Source: Paraspadella gotoi (lineage: Eukaryota; Animalia; Chaetognatha). From it: DNA of 64,000 bases. Shown here piece after piece: positions 23,308 to 39,885 of this stretch. A model generated the notes under the pieces. The model was not told the DNA's origin, made no database searches, and saw only the letters and a program-made list of their open reading frames with translations. The position numbers and the translations under genes were made by a program. Location of the stretch: NCBI GenBank assembly GCA_051294375.1, contig CM119267.1:3159344-3223343 (forward strand), given 5' to 3'. The first letter of the stretch is position 1, and the number at the start of each line of letters is the position of its first letter.

Positions 23308-25715
23308 TGTTCTAGAATTATATGTTGGGTTTAATATCCTAGAAGCCCGGGTTCACCCGTTGGTGTCGGTAAAGTCAGGAGTCTTTATAACTTTATACTA
23401 TACTGGGTGCACCAGTTTAGTTTCATGATTCAGTCCACAGATTATAATATGATAGGATATTACTATTCTAAGCTAATAAGGGTTATATATAGTTTTCCTA
23501 AACCTTTATCCAGGCTAACCTGGTTGAAGAAGTCCCTCAAGGCCCTATCAGTTCCTAGCCCAGGGCGTACACTGGGTATCTCAGCAATTCCTGTTCCCTA
23601 GCCTAACCAAATCTCTATTCTAGCTGGTCTCCTATCAGTAAGACACACAATGATTATTATTACTAATAATCTACTTTATTACCATCCAATCTAGCCAGGA
23701 ACCACAATTAATTACACAAAAATATATAGAAGAGGAACCAGGAATTAGTGTACTTAATATATTATTACAGTTTTCCCATAATGTTTGGTTTATACAGTCT
23801 GTAATTATGTTACACTACTTTTTACTAAGTAGCAACCACCATAGTACTTGGGTACTATTCTACCAATTATTATTAGGTAACCTTTATAAATGTTACTATT
23901 TACTTAGTAACAACACATAACCCAAAATATTTACTTCAGCCTGTGGAAAGAGTGTACGCTTCCAACAGAGTCTGAAAATGAGACTGTCTTCTCAAGCAAA
24001 GCTCCCTCCTTTTATAGCCCTTCTGAGCTCTCGTTCCGTTAGCTATCATATCGTAAGTAATAAAATAACTATATTCTGTTTCAATAATCTTACGGGGATG
24101 TACTTGAAACTGTCCTGTGCGCCCTATGAACGAACCACCTCTTGCAAACTCAACGGCATTTTCTTTTTAAATATTAGGCTACGTACTTCGCCAAACCATT
24201 AATTTCATGTTTATCTTTCCGTCGGCGCACAAACTTCGAAGTGATTTAACAAGTTTCACAATCGATTTTTACTTCGGCAATCTGTCTTAGGTTTTCACCC
24301 CCAAAATCGGGTTTTGATGAGTCTAATATGACTAACGTACCAATCTATCCATTAATTAGGTCTGATAACTCGAATTGGTACTAAACCGGACACGTTTTAA
24401 TTGAAATCTACTTTCAATATAGCAGTAACAGTGTTAAATTTTTATTTGTTACGAGATAGTCTCTCGGTTGTTTGATGCCCTTTTTATTATCGAATTCGTA
24501 TTTTTTGTTGCTTACAAAGTATCTGATTGATCAAGTATTTTAAACGTAGCTCTCTGATTGGTTAGTCCTTATGATTGTACCTTACCCAAAGATATAAAAG
24601 AGACGTGCTTACCTAAAACTAAGAGGATAAGTCGGTAAGGATTTAAAATGATATTTTGTAATTTTATGGTTAAGCTTAAAGTTGACTATTTTTAATAAGT
24701 TCTTTTTTTGTATCTTTAGAAATGGTCTCCCTTCTACTTGCTTCACGTCTCCTGCTCATTTTATGTCTACTACAATAAATTTTACTAAATTTATATACTT
24801 CGAATTTCTATAAATGATAAGCAAGTCAGAATACACTAGCTCGCTCACGGCGTTACGGTAAAATCCTCAAACGGTACATAATTTCAAATAATATGCGAAC
24901 CAATAAAATCAATCTTGAAAAATACTAGACAACAATAATAGCAAAGCTACAATGAGAAGGGAAAAAAAGGGAATGTATTCGTATGCAACTGCTCACAGTA
25001 TGATTAATATTATGATATTGAAGTATTTTTAACGGCAACTTTACGATAATAAAAGTGAACAGAGCAGGCTACATGCCTTGATCAATAGATAAAAATTCAA
25101 AGTTCGAATAATTGCGAACTATACTACAGCTGGTACCCCCTCAAATCCCCTTTTCCTCTCTTTCCGCCTCAGCCACTAGTTCTTTAAGATTCTTGCATGA
25201 GGCCTACTACGCATTTTGCGGACGAGGAATCGCCTTAACCCTTCTCTTCCCCTTTTCAATACTTTTAGTTCAACGTCCCAAACGGCTGAGACCTTGGTTT
25301 CTAGGAGACGGAAGTAAGATTTTAGTGCGTTATGCACTCATGGATTAGCCATAAGTCTTTTTTATACGAATACGCAGCACGGAGCCCCTTATCTCTTTCT
25401 TGCGTCGCCGGAAAGTACATTAGGTTGAACATCAAGGCTATCCCACAGCACGTTTCCCCGTCTGAATGAAGCGTTTCGGTTCCCGTTTACAAATCGCTAT
25501 GCATTTAATAAGGATTTATTAATTTTATCTTTATTATTATTTATGCAATTTTTTATATCACTAAGTTATTCGTCCATATGCTTATTATGTACAATGAACA
25601 CTTAATAAGGTACAGTAATACTGGGCAATGGGGCACCTCACAATTATACTTGTATTATTTACTTTATATTATCTTTTACGTAATGAAGATAACTGGATAA
25701 TCACCTGCATTCACA
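23308..25715 (-). mobile_element. 5' LTR (about 2.4 kb) of the Gypsy element
   Basis: TG...CA ends, adjacent PBS, TATAAAA at 24016-24010, AATAAA at 23680-23675. Both ends recur at 50643 and ~56475, which defines the boundaries; the distal end is uncertain by a few bases. Confidence 0.7.
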
Positions 25716-26174
25716 TTCAGTTTATCTCTCTCTTTTNNNNNNNNNNNNNNNNNNNNNNNNNNNNNNNNNNNNNNNNNNNNNNNNNNNNNNNNNNNNNNNN
25801 NNNNNNNNNNNNNNNNNNNNNNNNNNNNNNNNNNNAAAAATTATTAAGTTTTATACCGTTTTCAAAACCTGTAGCGTGGCTGATGCGGATGTATCGCCAA
25901 CACTTCCCGTGTCTCCAGCAACAGCCCCGTCTCCGCCCCCTGCTCCTCTGGTAATTCGCGATAGGATAAGACAAATTCCGCCGTCGCCGATTTCGAGTGC
26001 GCAGGCCGTCGTAAATTAAAACGTCCTCGGCTGGTGCGTGGTTTAGAGATGAGTCCAGGGCAGACATGAAAGCATGCGCCCTGCTATTAAGGGTCTCCGG
26101 TGAGTCCCCCCTGTTTGGTCTCGTAGCGGTGACTTGAATCTCCCCCTGTTGTTGGGTGCCCCTTGTTGAAGTTT

Positions 26175-26845
26175 TTGATCCGTCTGCGCTTCGGCATTGA
26201 CGAGTCGCCTCCTCTTCGTTGGATCCCCCTTGAAGCTCTTTGTTGATCCATCTGCACTACGGCGTCGACGAGTCGCCTCCCCTTCGTTGGATCCCCCTTG
26301 AAGCTCTTCTTGTTGATCCATCTGCGCTACTGCATCAACGAGTCACCTCCCTCTTCGTTGGATCCCCCCTGAAGCTCTTCATTGTTGATCCATCTGCGCT
26401 ACAGCATTGACGAGTCGCTTCCCTCTTCATTGGATCCCCCCTTGAAGCTCTTCTTGTTGATCCGNNNNNNNNNNNNNNNNNNNNNNNNNNNNNNNNNNNN
26501 NNNNNNNNNNNNNNNNNNNNNNNNNNNNNNNNNNNNNNNNNNNNNNNNNNNNNNNNNNNNNNNNNNNNNNNNNNNNNNNNNNNNNNNNNNNNNNNNNNNN
26601 NNNNNNNNNNNNNNNNNNNNNNNNNNNNNNNTCTTCGTTAGATCCCCCCTTGAAGCTTTTCTTGTTGATCCATCTGCGCTACGGCATCGACGAGTCGCCT
26701 CCCTTTTCATTGGATCCCCCCTTGAAGCTCTTCTTGTTGATCCGTCTGCGCTACGGCGTCGACGAGTCGCCTCCCTCTTCGTTGGATCCCCCTTGAAGCT
26801 CTTCTTGTTGATCCATCTGCGCTACGGCGTCGACGAGTCGCCTCT
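26175..26845. repeat. Tandem minisatellite, unit about 70 bp
   Basis: Unit gacgagtcgcctccctcttcgttggatccccc ttgaagctcttcttgttgatccatctgcgctacggcgtc repeated at least 7 times, with an N gap inside. Confidence 0.9.
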
Positions 26846-26972
26846 CTCTTTGTTGCCTTTCCCTCATTTTTCCTTCTTCAATCCCCCATTTCTTTAGCCT
26901 TTTGTTTCATCAACTTCCTTTACTAGATCTATTACAAAGGATTCATCTGTACTTATGTAGCCAGGATTACGA

Positions 26973-27070
26973 CGCCGACAGTGAGGGCATGAAACGTGGC
27001 CGGCAGTTCAACTATCAATGCACGATTTGCAGAGGATCTTCTTGCAGCCCTTCATCATTACCGGAATTCT
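26973..27070 (-). pseudogene. RING-finger remnant
   Basis: Minus strand reads RIPVMMKGCKKILCKSCIDS*TAGHVSCPHCRR, resembling RING PVxxxCxHxxCxxCIxxW...CPxCR with TGA at the Trp position; neighbouring sequence has further stops. Confidence 0.45.
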
Positions 27071-27574
27071 GGTCAGATCAAGTCAGTCATACTCATTGTA
27101 GTTGTAGAAGAGAGAGAGACCGGTGGTAAGTCGCCTCATAGTCTTCTTTGTTGTCCTTGTTATAATCATCTTAGTTATTATCTTCAAAGTTTAACGTTTC
27201 CAGCTCCATTGACTCTGTCGTCGTTATCATCATCATCATCGTCGTCGTCTCTGCTTATAGGATGATGAATTCATTGGCTCCAAAAAATTTCCGCGCCACC
27301 TTTCTGTCGTTTTCCTCGACCATTGATGCCATTTTTCATTTTTGATGGAAATCGTTTACCGTCAAATCCAGCGACGACGTCATTTAATCTTCGATCGTCG
27401 CTAACGTTTAACGTCTCTCTAGGCGATCGTCATAGATCGCGGCGAACTTCTTTTTCGCTCGCGGGTCCAATCGTCCTTGGGGCGAAATTCTTCCTTCCTT
27501 GCGGCGAATTTCCTCCTAGCTTCAGATGAATTCGCTCGCGTCAAGCTTCAACCTCGCGGCGAATTTGGTCCTTG

Positions 27575-27765
27575 CTTGCGGCCAACTTTGTCATTGCTTG
27601 AGGCCAACTTTGTCATTGCTTGCGGCCAACTTTGTCATTGCTGGCGACGGAACTTCATCCTCTCTCGCGACGAATCATGTACTCGCTTTCAACAATTTTG
27701 TCCTTGCTTGTGGCCAACTTTGTCATTGCTCGCGGCCAACTTTGTCATTGCTCGCGACAAATTTT
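27575..27765. repeat. 21-bp tandem repeat (gcggccaactttgtcattgct)
   Basis: At least 5 copies; the adjacent ctggcgacggaacttcatcctctctcgcgacgaatc block is repeated after the gap at 27940. Confidence 0.85.
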
Positions 27766-28079
27766 NNNNNNNNNNNNNNNNNNNNNNNNNNNNNNNNNNN
27801 NNNNNNNNNNNNNNNNNNNNNNNNNNNNNNNNNNNNNNNNNNNNNNNNNNNNNNNNNNNNNNNNNNNNNNNNNNNNNNNNNNNNNNNNNNNNNNNNNNNN
27901 NNNNNNNNNNNNNNNNNNNNNNNNNNNNNNNNNNNNNNNCTGGCGACGGAACTTCATCCTCTCTCGCGACGAATCATGTGACTCGCTTTCAACGAATTTC
28001 GTTCTCGCTGGCGACAAATTTCGTCTTCGCTCGCCACGGATTTGGACCTCGCTCACGGCGAATTGATTCGGGACCAAGA

Positions 28080-28119
<40 letters not shown>

Positions 28120-28654
28120 ACATAAATCCCTCCGGCAAAAACGAAGAATAATCGACACCGAGAAAATCCGGTAGAGGACGTCTCAAGAACCGGAGCCTCG
28201 AAGGAAACGCGTTGGATTCGAAAAACAAAATGGAGGATTTGAAAATAAAATACAAGGAATTGGAGGGAAGAGAGAGAGAGAGAAACGTACGAAAGTCACG
28301 ATCTCTCCCTGGCAGATGATAAAATAGTTCGGGCGTCCGATATCTGTTTCGAAGGCGGCAAATATAAACACGCCCCAATTTTTTTCTCTCAATTTTATTT
28401 ACCCAATTTTATACAAATGCCTTTTTTAAAAAACTATATCGAATCCCTTAGCTTTTTTTGTTTTACGTACCTCTCTAAACTCATTCGTTTTGCAAAAAAA
28501 GTTTTGCTGAGAAAAAGTTAAGTATCTTTTGGAAATGAGCTTAAGTCTGAGTTCAGAGTCTCAGTGAGGTTCACAAATGACTTTCGACTTTCAAATCTTT
28601 ATCGTCGGCGCTCAGCAGTTGAAATCGGAATTCAGAGGAAAAACTAAAAAAGTT

Positions 28655-28973
28655 GGGCCTCATTTTTAAAATTTTAAAATTAGGTTAATTTTTTATTTAA
28701 AGATTAAATTGAAGGTTAGGATTAGGGATTAAGTTAGGGATTAAGTTAGGGATTGAGTTAAGGATTAAGTTAGGGATTAGGTTAGGGATTAGCGATTAAG
28801 GTTAGAAATTAGGGATAAAGGTTTAGGTTTAGGGTTTCAGATAAAATTAGGGTTCGGGATTAAAGTTAAGGATTGGTTTATAAATTAAAAAATATATTTA
28901 AATTAAATATAAAGGTTAAAATTAAATTCCGCGATGATGGAACAGAAATAGGGCGCTCTGGGAAAAGAGTGCC
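28655..28973. mobile_element. Copy of the TTAGGG-like MITE family
   Basis: (ttagggattaag)n interior ending agggcgctctgggaaaagagtgcc. Confidence 0.55.
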
Positions 28974-30530
28974 CAAACGTTTCATCGACAGAAATTTATT
29001 CTTGTTCCTTCTTTCATTTATATCTTTTGCTCCATTTTTTCTTTTCTTTTTTTTTAATTATCGTTTTTGTTCTTAGATTTCTGGAATTTATTAATTTTTT
29101 TTTTGACACGAGATTCTTCATTCAAAATCTTTAATTTTTTTCCTTCATTTTCATTTCCTCTTTTTATTAGTTAGTTTAGTTTAGTTTAGTTTAGTTTAGT
29201 TTAGAATTAATATTTCTTTTCAGTCGCTTCTTTCTTTAATTAATTTAATTTAATTGAATCTTTGGTTCGCAAAAAAAAACAAAAAAAAAAAAACAAACAA
29301 ACAAAAAACGATGTTTACGTATGAAAAAAATAGTTTCTCTCATACAGAAATAACTATTAAACGTTGTAGACATTAAACATTGTAGACATTAAAAATTAAA
29401 CAATTTAGAATTCTCTTCTTTTTCGTTTCCTTTTAATTATTAGTCAATAGTAACGTCATTAGAATATACAACCATTTAATTCCCAATCGATTTTTTTCGG
29501 ATCAAATTTTATTTCGTGAAATGGGTTCAACCAACATAAACATTTTTTTATATTTTATTTTCTTCTATTTTTCTAAATCATCTTCTAGTTATCTTTTTTT
29601 TTCTCTTCCAATGAGTCATGAGAAAGTGGCGTAAAAGGAGGAGGAGGAGGAGGAGGAGGAGGACGCGGAGTCCTACAACAACGACAAAACAAAAAACCTG
29701 AAATGGAATTTTTCGATCTAATATCGCGTCGAGATGAAAAAAGATGAGGGAACGGAGAGAGAGATGTAGGGAGAGAGAGAGAGAGAGAGAGAGAGAGTGA
29801 CAGACGAAGTATCCTCACTCAATGCAAGTAATTATATAATTTTTTGTATTAAAATTTTAAAAAAGTTGATGGCTGAGGAATTTATGATTTATTTGACTCA
29901 TGTGCGCGCGGAAAATCCCGAGGGAGAGTTTCTCGGTATCAACATGTTAAATTGTTGAATATTAGTTATACCACTCTCTCGCAAGCAACTCATCGCCTAG
30001 TGATTCTGAATACTGTTGTATTGCACTATTCCTGCATCGCCGATTCGCGCTGTATTTCTGAATCGAGTAGCATTGATAAATTGTACTGTATTTCTGATTT
30101 ACGTTTTTATTGCTCTCTTGCGCTGCATTTCTGTATTGCTCCGCATTGCTTCGTCTTTCATAGTATTACACTGTATTGCTGTATTGCATTTTGCTGCAGT
30201 ATGGGGCTGTATTAATATATCGCGCTCTATGCCTCTCACGTTGCCTTATTTACTCCGTAGGCCGCTCACGTTATTCAGCCGTCGCCAACGGACTTTACGT
30301 TTGGCAGCCACGACCCACGAGGGTCGCGTTTACCCCGCCGGGCCAAGGACAAAGGCTGGGCGACCGGGGCTATTCGGGTTGAGGGGGAGGCGAGAGGGGG
30401 AGGCGGGGAGGCGGGGCAATGAGGGGATGTCGGGGGGGCGTGCCTGATTTTGGAATTCACATCGACTTCTCAACGCCTCTCGTCACATTGGATCACTCCT
30501 GGTTCACTCCTGGAATAAAGATCTTGTGAA

Positions 30531-30845
30531 AACAAGAACGGTAATTCCAATGTGTTGCGCCGCGAGATTTTATTTTCAGGGATCCCTTAGATGACATGAT
30601 ATGACATGACATGACATGATTAAAAAAACTTTCTTTCCCCGTGTATTTATGACATGAGGTGCATCAAAATTCCGTCCCTTAAATTTGAGGTTTTTTCTGT
30701 CTTAACAAATGAGTAACCAACTATAAGCAAATTATATACATTTTTAACGTAAGTAGAACAGACCGAGAGACCGATCGACCGACAGACCGACCGAAAAGTG
30801 ACTTATTGAGTTGCTCCGCGAGTACTCGCGGCTCAACTAAAAAAA
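30531..30845 (-). mobile_element. Helentron/DINE-like element (family A)
   Basis: Reverse complement of 58220-58522: (atgac)n, (gacc)n, palindrome ccgcgagtactcgcgg, subterminal ttgcgccgc. Confidence 0.7.
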
Positions 30846-31347
30846 AAGGGGAAGAAGAATAAAAAAAGAAGAAAAAGGTGAGAAAGGAATATCGAATAAA
30901 AAAGAAAAGAAAACGAAGAAGATAAAAAAGGAAAAAGAAAAGGAAAAAGAAAATAAAAAAAAGGGGAAAAAAGGGAGAAGAAAAGGATTTGGAAAGATCG
31001 AGAGAAAATTGAGTGATTAAAGCGATCGAAAGGTGACAAGAGTTCGAGTCAGGCGAAGGTGAGGATTAAGGAGTCGGGATCAGGCGAATAGGGAAAGAAC
31101 GGGGAGTCAGGCGATTGGGAGAAGGAAATGGCTTAAGAGTTAAGACTGAAAGTCAGGCAGCAAGCGATGGAAAGGGTTCCAGAGTCAAAGTCAGGCACCT
31201 GGCGAAGGAAATTGTTCAAGCGTTGGAATCAGGCGATGAGAGGAAGGAAAGGGTTCAACCTTCAGTTTTAAGGGGAATTGGTTTGACAGGTGATGTACAG
31301 AAAAAAAGAGGGTCTGGGTGAAATTGTGAATTTTGATGGATCGTCGG

Positions 31348-32141
31348 GGCCATATTTTCTCAGAACGCCCAATTTTTATGTTAAATTTGGAATTTGTTTA
31401 GTTTTTTTTAGTTAAAGATTAGTTTTAAAGTTGAGGTTAGGGATGAGGTTAGTGATTAAGTGATTAATAAGTGATTAAGGTTAGGGATTTCATAGGTGAT
31501 TAGTAAAGCGTAGTAAAAAGTTTAAATTTAACTTAAATTAAAATTCTAAAAGTGAGAAATGAACAACGTTGTACTAATGAACATTAATGTATAAAAAAAA
31601 TTTATTATAACTTTTGTAATTTACGCATTAGGCTATATTTATATATATTACTAACCCTATAAATGTTAAAATTTCAAAATATTTTTTATCAGTTTTTTTG
31701 CAGATTAAAATTCGTCATAAAAAGTTGATAAAAAAATATGACTCTTTTTTAAAAATTCTTACATTAAATTTGTTAAAAATTTAAAAAAACTTTTATTTTA
31801 AACTGAAAATTAAATATTTGTATATCAAATATAGTTTTTTTAATTTTTTAAATTTTAGGATTTCTTAAGGATAGTATTATATATAAATATAGCCTAATGT
31901 TAAAATTTAAAAAAATATAAAATTAATTTTTTTATAAATTAATGTTCACAATTAGAATTTTCATAGGTGACTTTCACTACGCTCTAGTGATTAGGTTTAG
32001 AGATAAGAGTTAAGGATTTAGGTTAAGGGTTATAGGTTAAAAAATATATTTAAAATATTTAACATAACATTATATAAAAAGGTTAAAATTGAATTCGGGG
32101 ATAAACGAACAGAAACAGGGGCACTCTCGGAAAAGAGAGCC
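31348..32141. mobile_element. TTAGGG-like MITE family copy with a nested insertion
   Basis: TIRs ggccatattttctcagaacgccc / ggggcactctcggaaaagagagcc. Confidence 0.65.
31504..31986. mobile_element. hAT-type MITE with long internal inverted repeats
   Basis: TIR TA(A/G)AGCGTAGT, perfect 8-bp TSD gtgattag (31496-31503 and 31987-31994), internal arms cattaggctatatttatatata / tatatataaatatagcctaatg. Confidence 0.85.
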
Positions 32142-32667
32142 GCATGTCGGCCGTTGATTCGATCGAAAAACTGAATTTGATGGAGGAAATTAATTTGATC
32201 CCCGAAGCTAAATTGAGTTCAAGAAACTTTTTTTTCCTTCCTTCAATTTTAAACTGGGGATTCGGGTGGAGAGCAAAGAATCGAGCTTAGATCTGAGTAC
32301 TATGGGACTCTCAGGTGGGTAAATAGTATAAATATTATATTCTATATTTTTATCAAACATCTTGTAACGGATTTGGATTCTTTTAATTTTTTGGGGGAAA
32401 AAAATCAGTGTACCACTGATTTAAAAAAACGCTAATTATAGTGCAAATAATTTTTTAACATTAATTTGTTTTATACATGTTTAACCAACTCTCAGTAAAA
32501 TTTTTGCTTTTAAACTTTTATCAACTTTTTATTAACTTGTGAGGTATTCAAATCTGTCATAAAAATAAAATAAAAAACATTTTTAAACTTTTTTGATTAT
32601 ATCAATTACGTTAATCTAAGATTAACTATGACTCAATTTTGAAAATAAAAATAAACTCTTCATTTAG

Positions 32668-33040
32668 AGTAAGAACTGGTAACTGAATAAGAGTAAGAAA
32701 TAAACTGAATAAAATGAATAAGAGTAAGAAATAAACTGAATAAACTGAATAAGAGTAAGAAATAAACTGAATAAGAGTAAGAAATAAACTGAATAAACTG
32801 AATAAGAGTAAGAAATAAACTGAATAAACTGAATAAGAGTAAGAAATAAACTGAATAAACTGAATAAGAGTAAGAAATAAACTGAATAAACTGAATAAGA
32901 GTAAGAAATAAACTGAATAAACTGAATAAGAGTAAGAAATAAACTGAATAAACTGAATAAGAGTAAGAAATAAACTGAATAAGAGTAAGAAATAAACTGA
33001 ATAAACTGAACTAGGTAACTGAATAAGAGTAAGAACTGGG
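32668..33040. repeat. Minisatellite (aactgaata)1-2 agagtaagaaata
   Basis: About 13 units of 22 or 31 bp. Confidence 0.95.
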
Positions 33041-33285
33041 TACGGGTAGATAATAAGAGCAAACAATTTGGAGTTTTTGAGTTCTGACAAAAGGACATTC
33101 GGGCGCAGATGTAGATCACGTGACATCTCCCGACCGTTCTATCGACTCACGGTTGGTGAGCCAATTTCGGTGAACCAGATCTCGCGTGAGACAAAGGTGA
33201 ACTCCGTTTCCATGGAAACTGAAAAACGCAATGATGAAGAAGAGACTGGTTGATTTGACGGTGATGATGAGAACGGATGCTCGAT

Positions 33286-33317
<32 letters not shown>

Positions 33318-33695
33318 TCTCTCCCTCAAACAAACTCATAAAGCTGAAAGTAGCCAAATCATTTTCGATGAATTGTTAATTCATGTAAAATTTTTTTTAT
33401 ATTGAATTCATGAATTGACATCAATGCAAAGAAATTTCTCTGTCAGGAGGGTCAATTTTTGTTTTTTGTAGTTTTATTATCGGTTTCTCTGTCGGTTTTC
33501 CTGTCGATTTTCTTTCAGTTTTCTTTCAGTTTTTCTGTCGGTTTTTCTGTCGGTTGGGTCAATTTTCATTCCTTTGTGAAGATGAGATGGAATCGCGTGA
33601 GTGTTGAGGGGTGAAGCAAGAAGAGGGGGCGGGGGGGGAGATGGAACCGCGTGGAAGACGCTTCCCTTTCAAGCTTTCGCGTAATCGATTCAAGC

Positions 33696-33741
<46 letters not shown>

Positions 33742-34122
33742 AGGAGAGAGAGAGAGAGAGGAGAGACGAGAGAGAGAGAGAGAGAGTAGCATCATCAAAT
33801 TCTAGGTTGTCTTCGCGTGCGGTTTCGCATGCAGTTTGCGCGCGCGGTTGCATGCGTTTTGCATTTTGGAGAATTAGGTTTCTTTCGTTTTTTCGACGTT
33901 GAAAAATTTTTTTTTTTTTTTGGGTGATTCGACTTTTGAACAGAAAAGGAAAGAGTTGATCAAAAGTAATCAGGAAACTGCTTTGTTTGTTTAAAATTTT
34001 GAGTTTAGACGAAATACATTTTAAATACTTTTCTCATACGAAAAACATAATTTAGGATTTGATGAAAAATTGCCGGTTTTAGAAGTGATAGACCAGGGAT
34101 TGGAAGTTCCATTCCATTAGTC

Positions 34123-36288
<2,166 letters not shown>

Positions 36289-38955
36289 TTAAGAGTCGAG
36301 AAATGCTCCGGCATGAGCGTCGTAAGGCAACGAGTCGAGATGGAACCGCCGACCGTCGTCGTCTATGGAACCGAAGAGGAGAGACCATTCAAGGCTGACA
36401 TCCAGTCGGAACCCGCGGTCACCGGCCCTACGGTGTGAAATGGGAATGGGACCGAGAGGTGGACTACGGTGAGAATAATGAATTTAGAACGTAATAACAC
36501 GAGTATAAATTTTTTTCCTATTTTTTATAGATTTTTTCATTTTTTAAAAAAAAACAAGTGAGAGAGAGAGGGAGGACGGAGATTGAGGATGAGAGAGGAG
36601 AGATGAGGAAGAGAGAGAGAGAGAGAGAGATAGCCAGAGGGACAGAGAGAAATGTAATTCGACGACGTATATAAAGATTTTTCACTCCTCAGCTTAATTC
36701 TTGGGTGATATGAAGAATGTGATAGACGATCGATGCCACTAACGTGAGAATCGTGAGAGATCAGAATCACTACTGTGAGACCGATAGGTTCAAGGACTAA
36801 TTTTTTAAAGCTAATTTACTAGACGATATAAATTTTTCATTAAACAACAAATTTAATAATTATTTAACAAGTTGAACACAAAATCATGATTAATTCGAGG
36901 TTAAGAAATAAACTCTGGGCCTTGTTTTCCCAGAAAGCCCCCCTTTTTCATTTGAAGTTTTGAATTAAGTCAATTTTTTGAGTTAATGATTAGGTTATAG
37001 ATTAGGAATTAGGTTAATGATTAGGGTGAGGGATTAAAGTTTGAAGTTAATGGTTAGTGCTAGAAATTAGAGATTACAATTAGAGGTTGGGTTATGAATT
37101 TAAGAACATGATTAAGTATTAAGTTTAAAATCCAATTTCGGGATAAAGAAAGAGAAAAAGGAGTGAGAAGAGAAGGAGATGGAGGAAGAGGAAAAAGAGG
37201 GGGAAAATGGAGAAGAGGGGGAAGAGGAAGAAGAAGGGAAAGAGGAAGAGGAAAACAATCGAACTCCAAAACATAATTTTTTTAACATCGGAATTTGATT
37301 TTCCCGCCAGTTGGGAGTGAAGTTCCTGTGGCAGCAAATTCACAGTTCCGGTGTGTGTGTTTTTTTTTTGACTCATCGTTTATGAGTTGACAATGTGGTG
37401 CTTCTATTGTTTTATTTTTTAACTTTTTTAAGTTTTGCTAATATTTTGCATATCAAATCAGTAATAAATCTAGTAAAAAACTTTATCACCAAAAGTTCGG
37501 TCTCAGGGAGAAAAAGATTTTAAAACATTGAAAAGAATCCATTGAGAAAAATTGAAACTTAATAGAGAGGGATCTGCATTAACCCATTTTGCCTTAGACC
37601 TTTTCAAGTAATAAAAGCTAAATCGAAAAGATTCCCTGATTTTCAACTCCATTCAATTCAAACTCTTTAACTTTATTACCAAAAAAAAAAAAAACCCTTC
37701 ATCAAGCTAAAAGACAAGCCGAAGGAAAAAATGTGTATTATTAATTAATTATTTTTTATTTTAAAACAAGGAGAAAGGGAAAGAAAAAGATAAATCGTGG
37801 TTTCGCGATATATCCATTTCTGTCTGTACCCGAGGGCAGGGAGAGTACGTCGAATGAGAGTGACGGAGATAGAGATGAGAAATTCGAATTACGGAGAGCA
37901 CGAGCAGAGAGAGAGAGAGAGAGAGAGAGACCAGCTGGCTCCTCATTTTTTTGGGCTCAGCTTCGCGATGTGGAAAAAAAGGGAGAAACTCAAATAAACA
38001 AAATAAAAAGAGGGAAAAAAAATAGGAAATTAATTAGGGGATCTTAGTTTCGGTGGCCTCGGGTAGTTGACCTTTTGTCTGTCAACAGTGTCGCCATCTC
38101 GAGAGGGAAGAGAAGGAAAAAAATGGAAACAAATGATCCCGAGGTAAAAAATGGAAGAAATGGGCCGAACAAAAGACAAGCGGGTCTATTTAGGCGGAGG
38201 GTGACGGAGAATAAAAGAAATGAATGCGAATGTTTGGTTTGTAAGTTAGTTTAACAGATAATTCAAAGGTTTGTCAGAAATTAGTTAAATAATAAAAATC
38301 TTCCAATTCTAATGAGTATTCTAACTGTTAAATCAAAGGTTTGTTTGTCAACTAATAATTTGAAAATTAGTTCCGTACTAAAAATATTTCAAATTCCAAC
38401 GGCTTGTGAGTTAGTTTAACCGTTAAATTCAAGGGTTTGTTATTTAAAGATCTTTCAATTAATTCTCTCATAAATCATCTTATTTTTCCTCATTTGAAAA
38501 TTGAAAATATTTTCGAATCGCGAAAATTAGGTCTGATAAAGATCGTCTTTTGTTTTGGAGAAAAAACATTGAGATTTGTTTTGTATGTGAAATCGTGAAG
38601 TTGATTAAAGGAAAAACGAAAAGGAGTTGATAGGAGCGAACGAAGTAGCGAACTAAGTAACGAACGGAGGAGCGAACGAAAATGTGAGAGAACGAAAAGA
38701 AGCGAACGAGAAATTAATTCAGTGAATGGACGTCGACGAAAAATGACGAGAATAAAGATTTGTTTTCTTTTTCTGATTTCCTGTTGATGAAATTAGAGAA
38801 AAANNNNNNNNNNNNNNNNNNNNNNNNNCAAAGAAAAAAAGAAACATAAAAATATAAACGTGAAAAGAGAATGAGGAAATACACAAAAATAAATTTGGAA
38901 ATATTTACAAAGTTTGGAATTAAGTGTAGGAAGAAAAGAGAGATCGAGAGATAAT

Positions 38956-39000
<45 letters not shown>

Positions 39001-39092
39001 AGAGAGGAGAAGAGAGAATTCGATTGTAAAACCGAGCACGTTCCTTTAGGGATGATGAAGAAGATATGAAAAGAATGAACACATGGCATGGA

Positions 39093-39163
<71 letters not shown>

Positions 39164-39208
39164 GAGAGAGAAAAGAAGTGGAAGAAAATTGTGAGGTGGG
39201 GGAGGAGA

Positions 39209-39812
39209 AAAAAACACGTTTTTCAGGTTTAACAAAATTTTCGCTTCCAATTTCTGTTCAGTCCTGAATCTTGTCACGCGCTAATCTGCCACGCCTTTAA
39301 TACTGTCACCGATAAAGGAAAAGTGTCACGGCGTGGCGAGTACGAGATCTAAAAAAAATTAACTATGGCCGAATTTGACAAAAATAAAAAAATGTAATTC
39401 CAATGTGAATATAAAGTGAATTAGAATATATGGAATTCTGAAATGATTTTTTGTGAATAGAAAACCATGAATGCGGAGAAACGGAGAGGCAGATGGTAGT
39501 GAAATATGTCAACGAAATTGAGCAGGTTTTTTTTGAAAGTGAATTTAGCAATAAACTAGATGTGAAGGAAAAAAAGTGACGGTTACGACTCGGGTTCAGA
39601 TGGAATCTTCCCCCCCCCCAGCGCGGTAAACGTATGCACGGGAAAGACAGAGACGCAGTCAAGCGCAGCAAGAAAGGAGGGAGTCGCCAGACGCGTGCGC
39701 GGCGGAGAAAGTAAAACACGAAAAGTAAACAAAGAGATGAAGAACAAAAAACAAAAGGATTCGGAGAAATTAGTGGAGAAAAACGAAGAGAAAAGAAGAG
39801 ATGAAAGAGAAT

Positions 39813-39885
<73 letters not shown>

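Noticed and set aside
26175-26845. CRISPR-like array
   Set aside because: Contiguous tandem units with no unique spacers, no cas genes, and a eukaryotic context.
32626-33126. Hydrophobic membrane-protein ORFs
   Set aside because: They are translations of a minisatellite.
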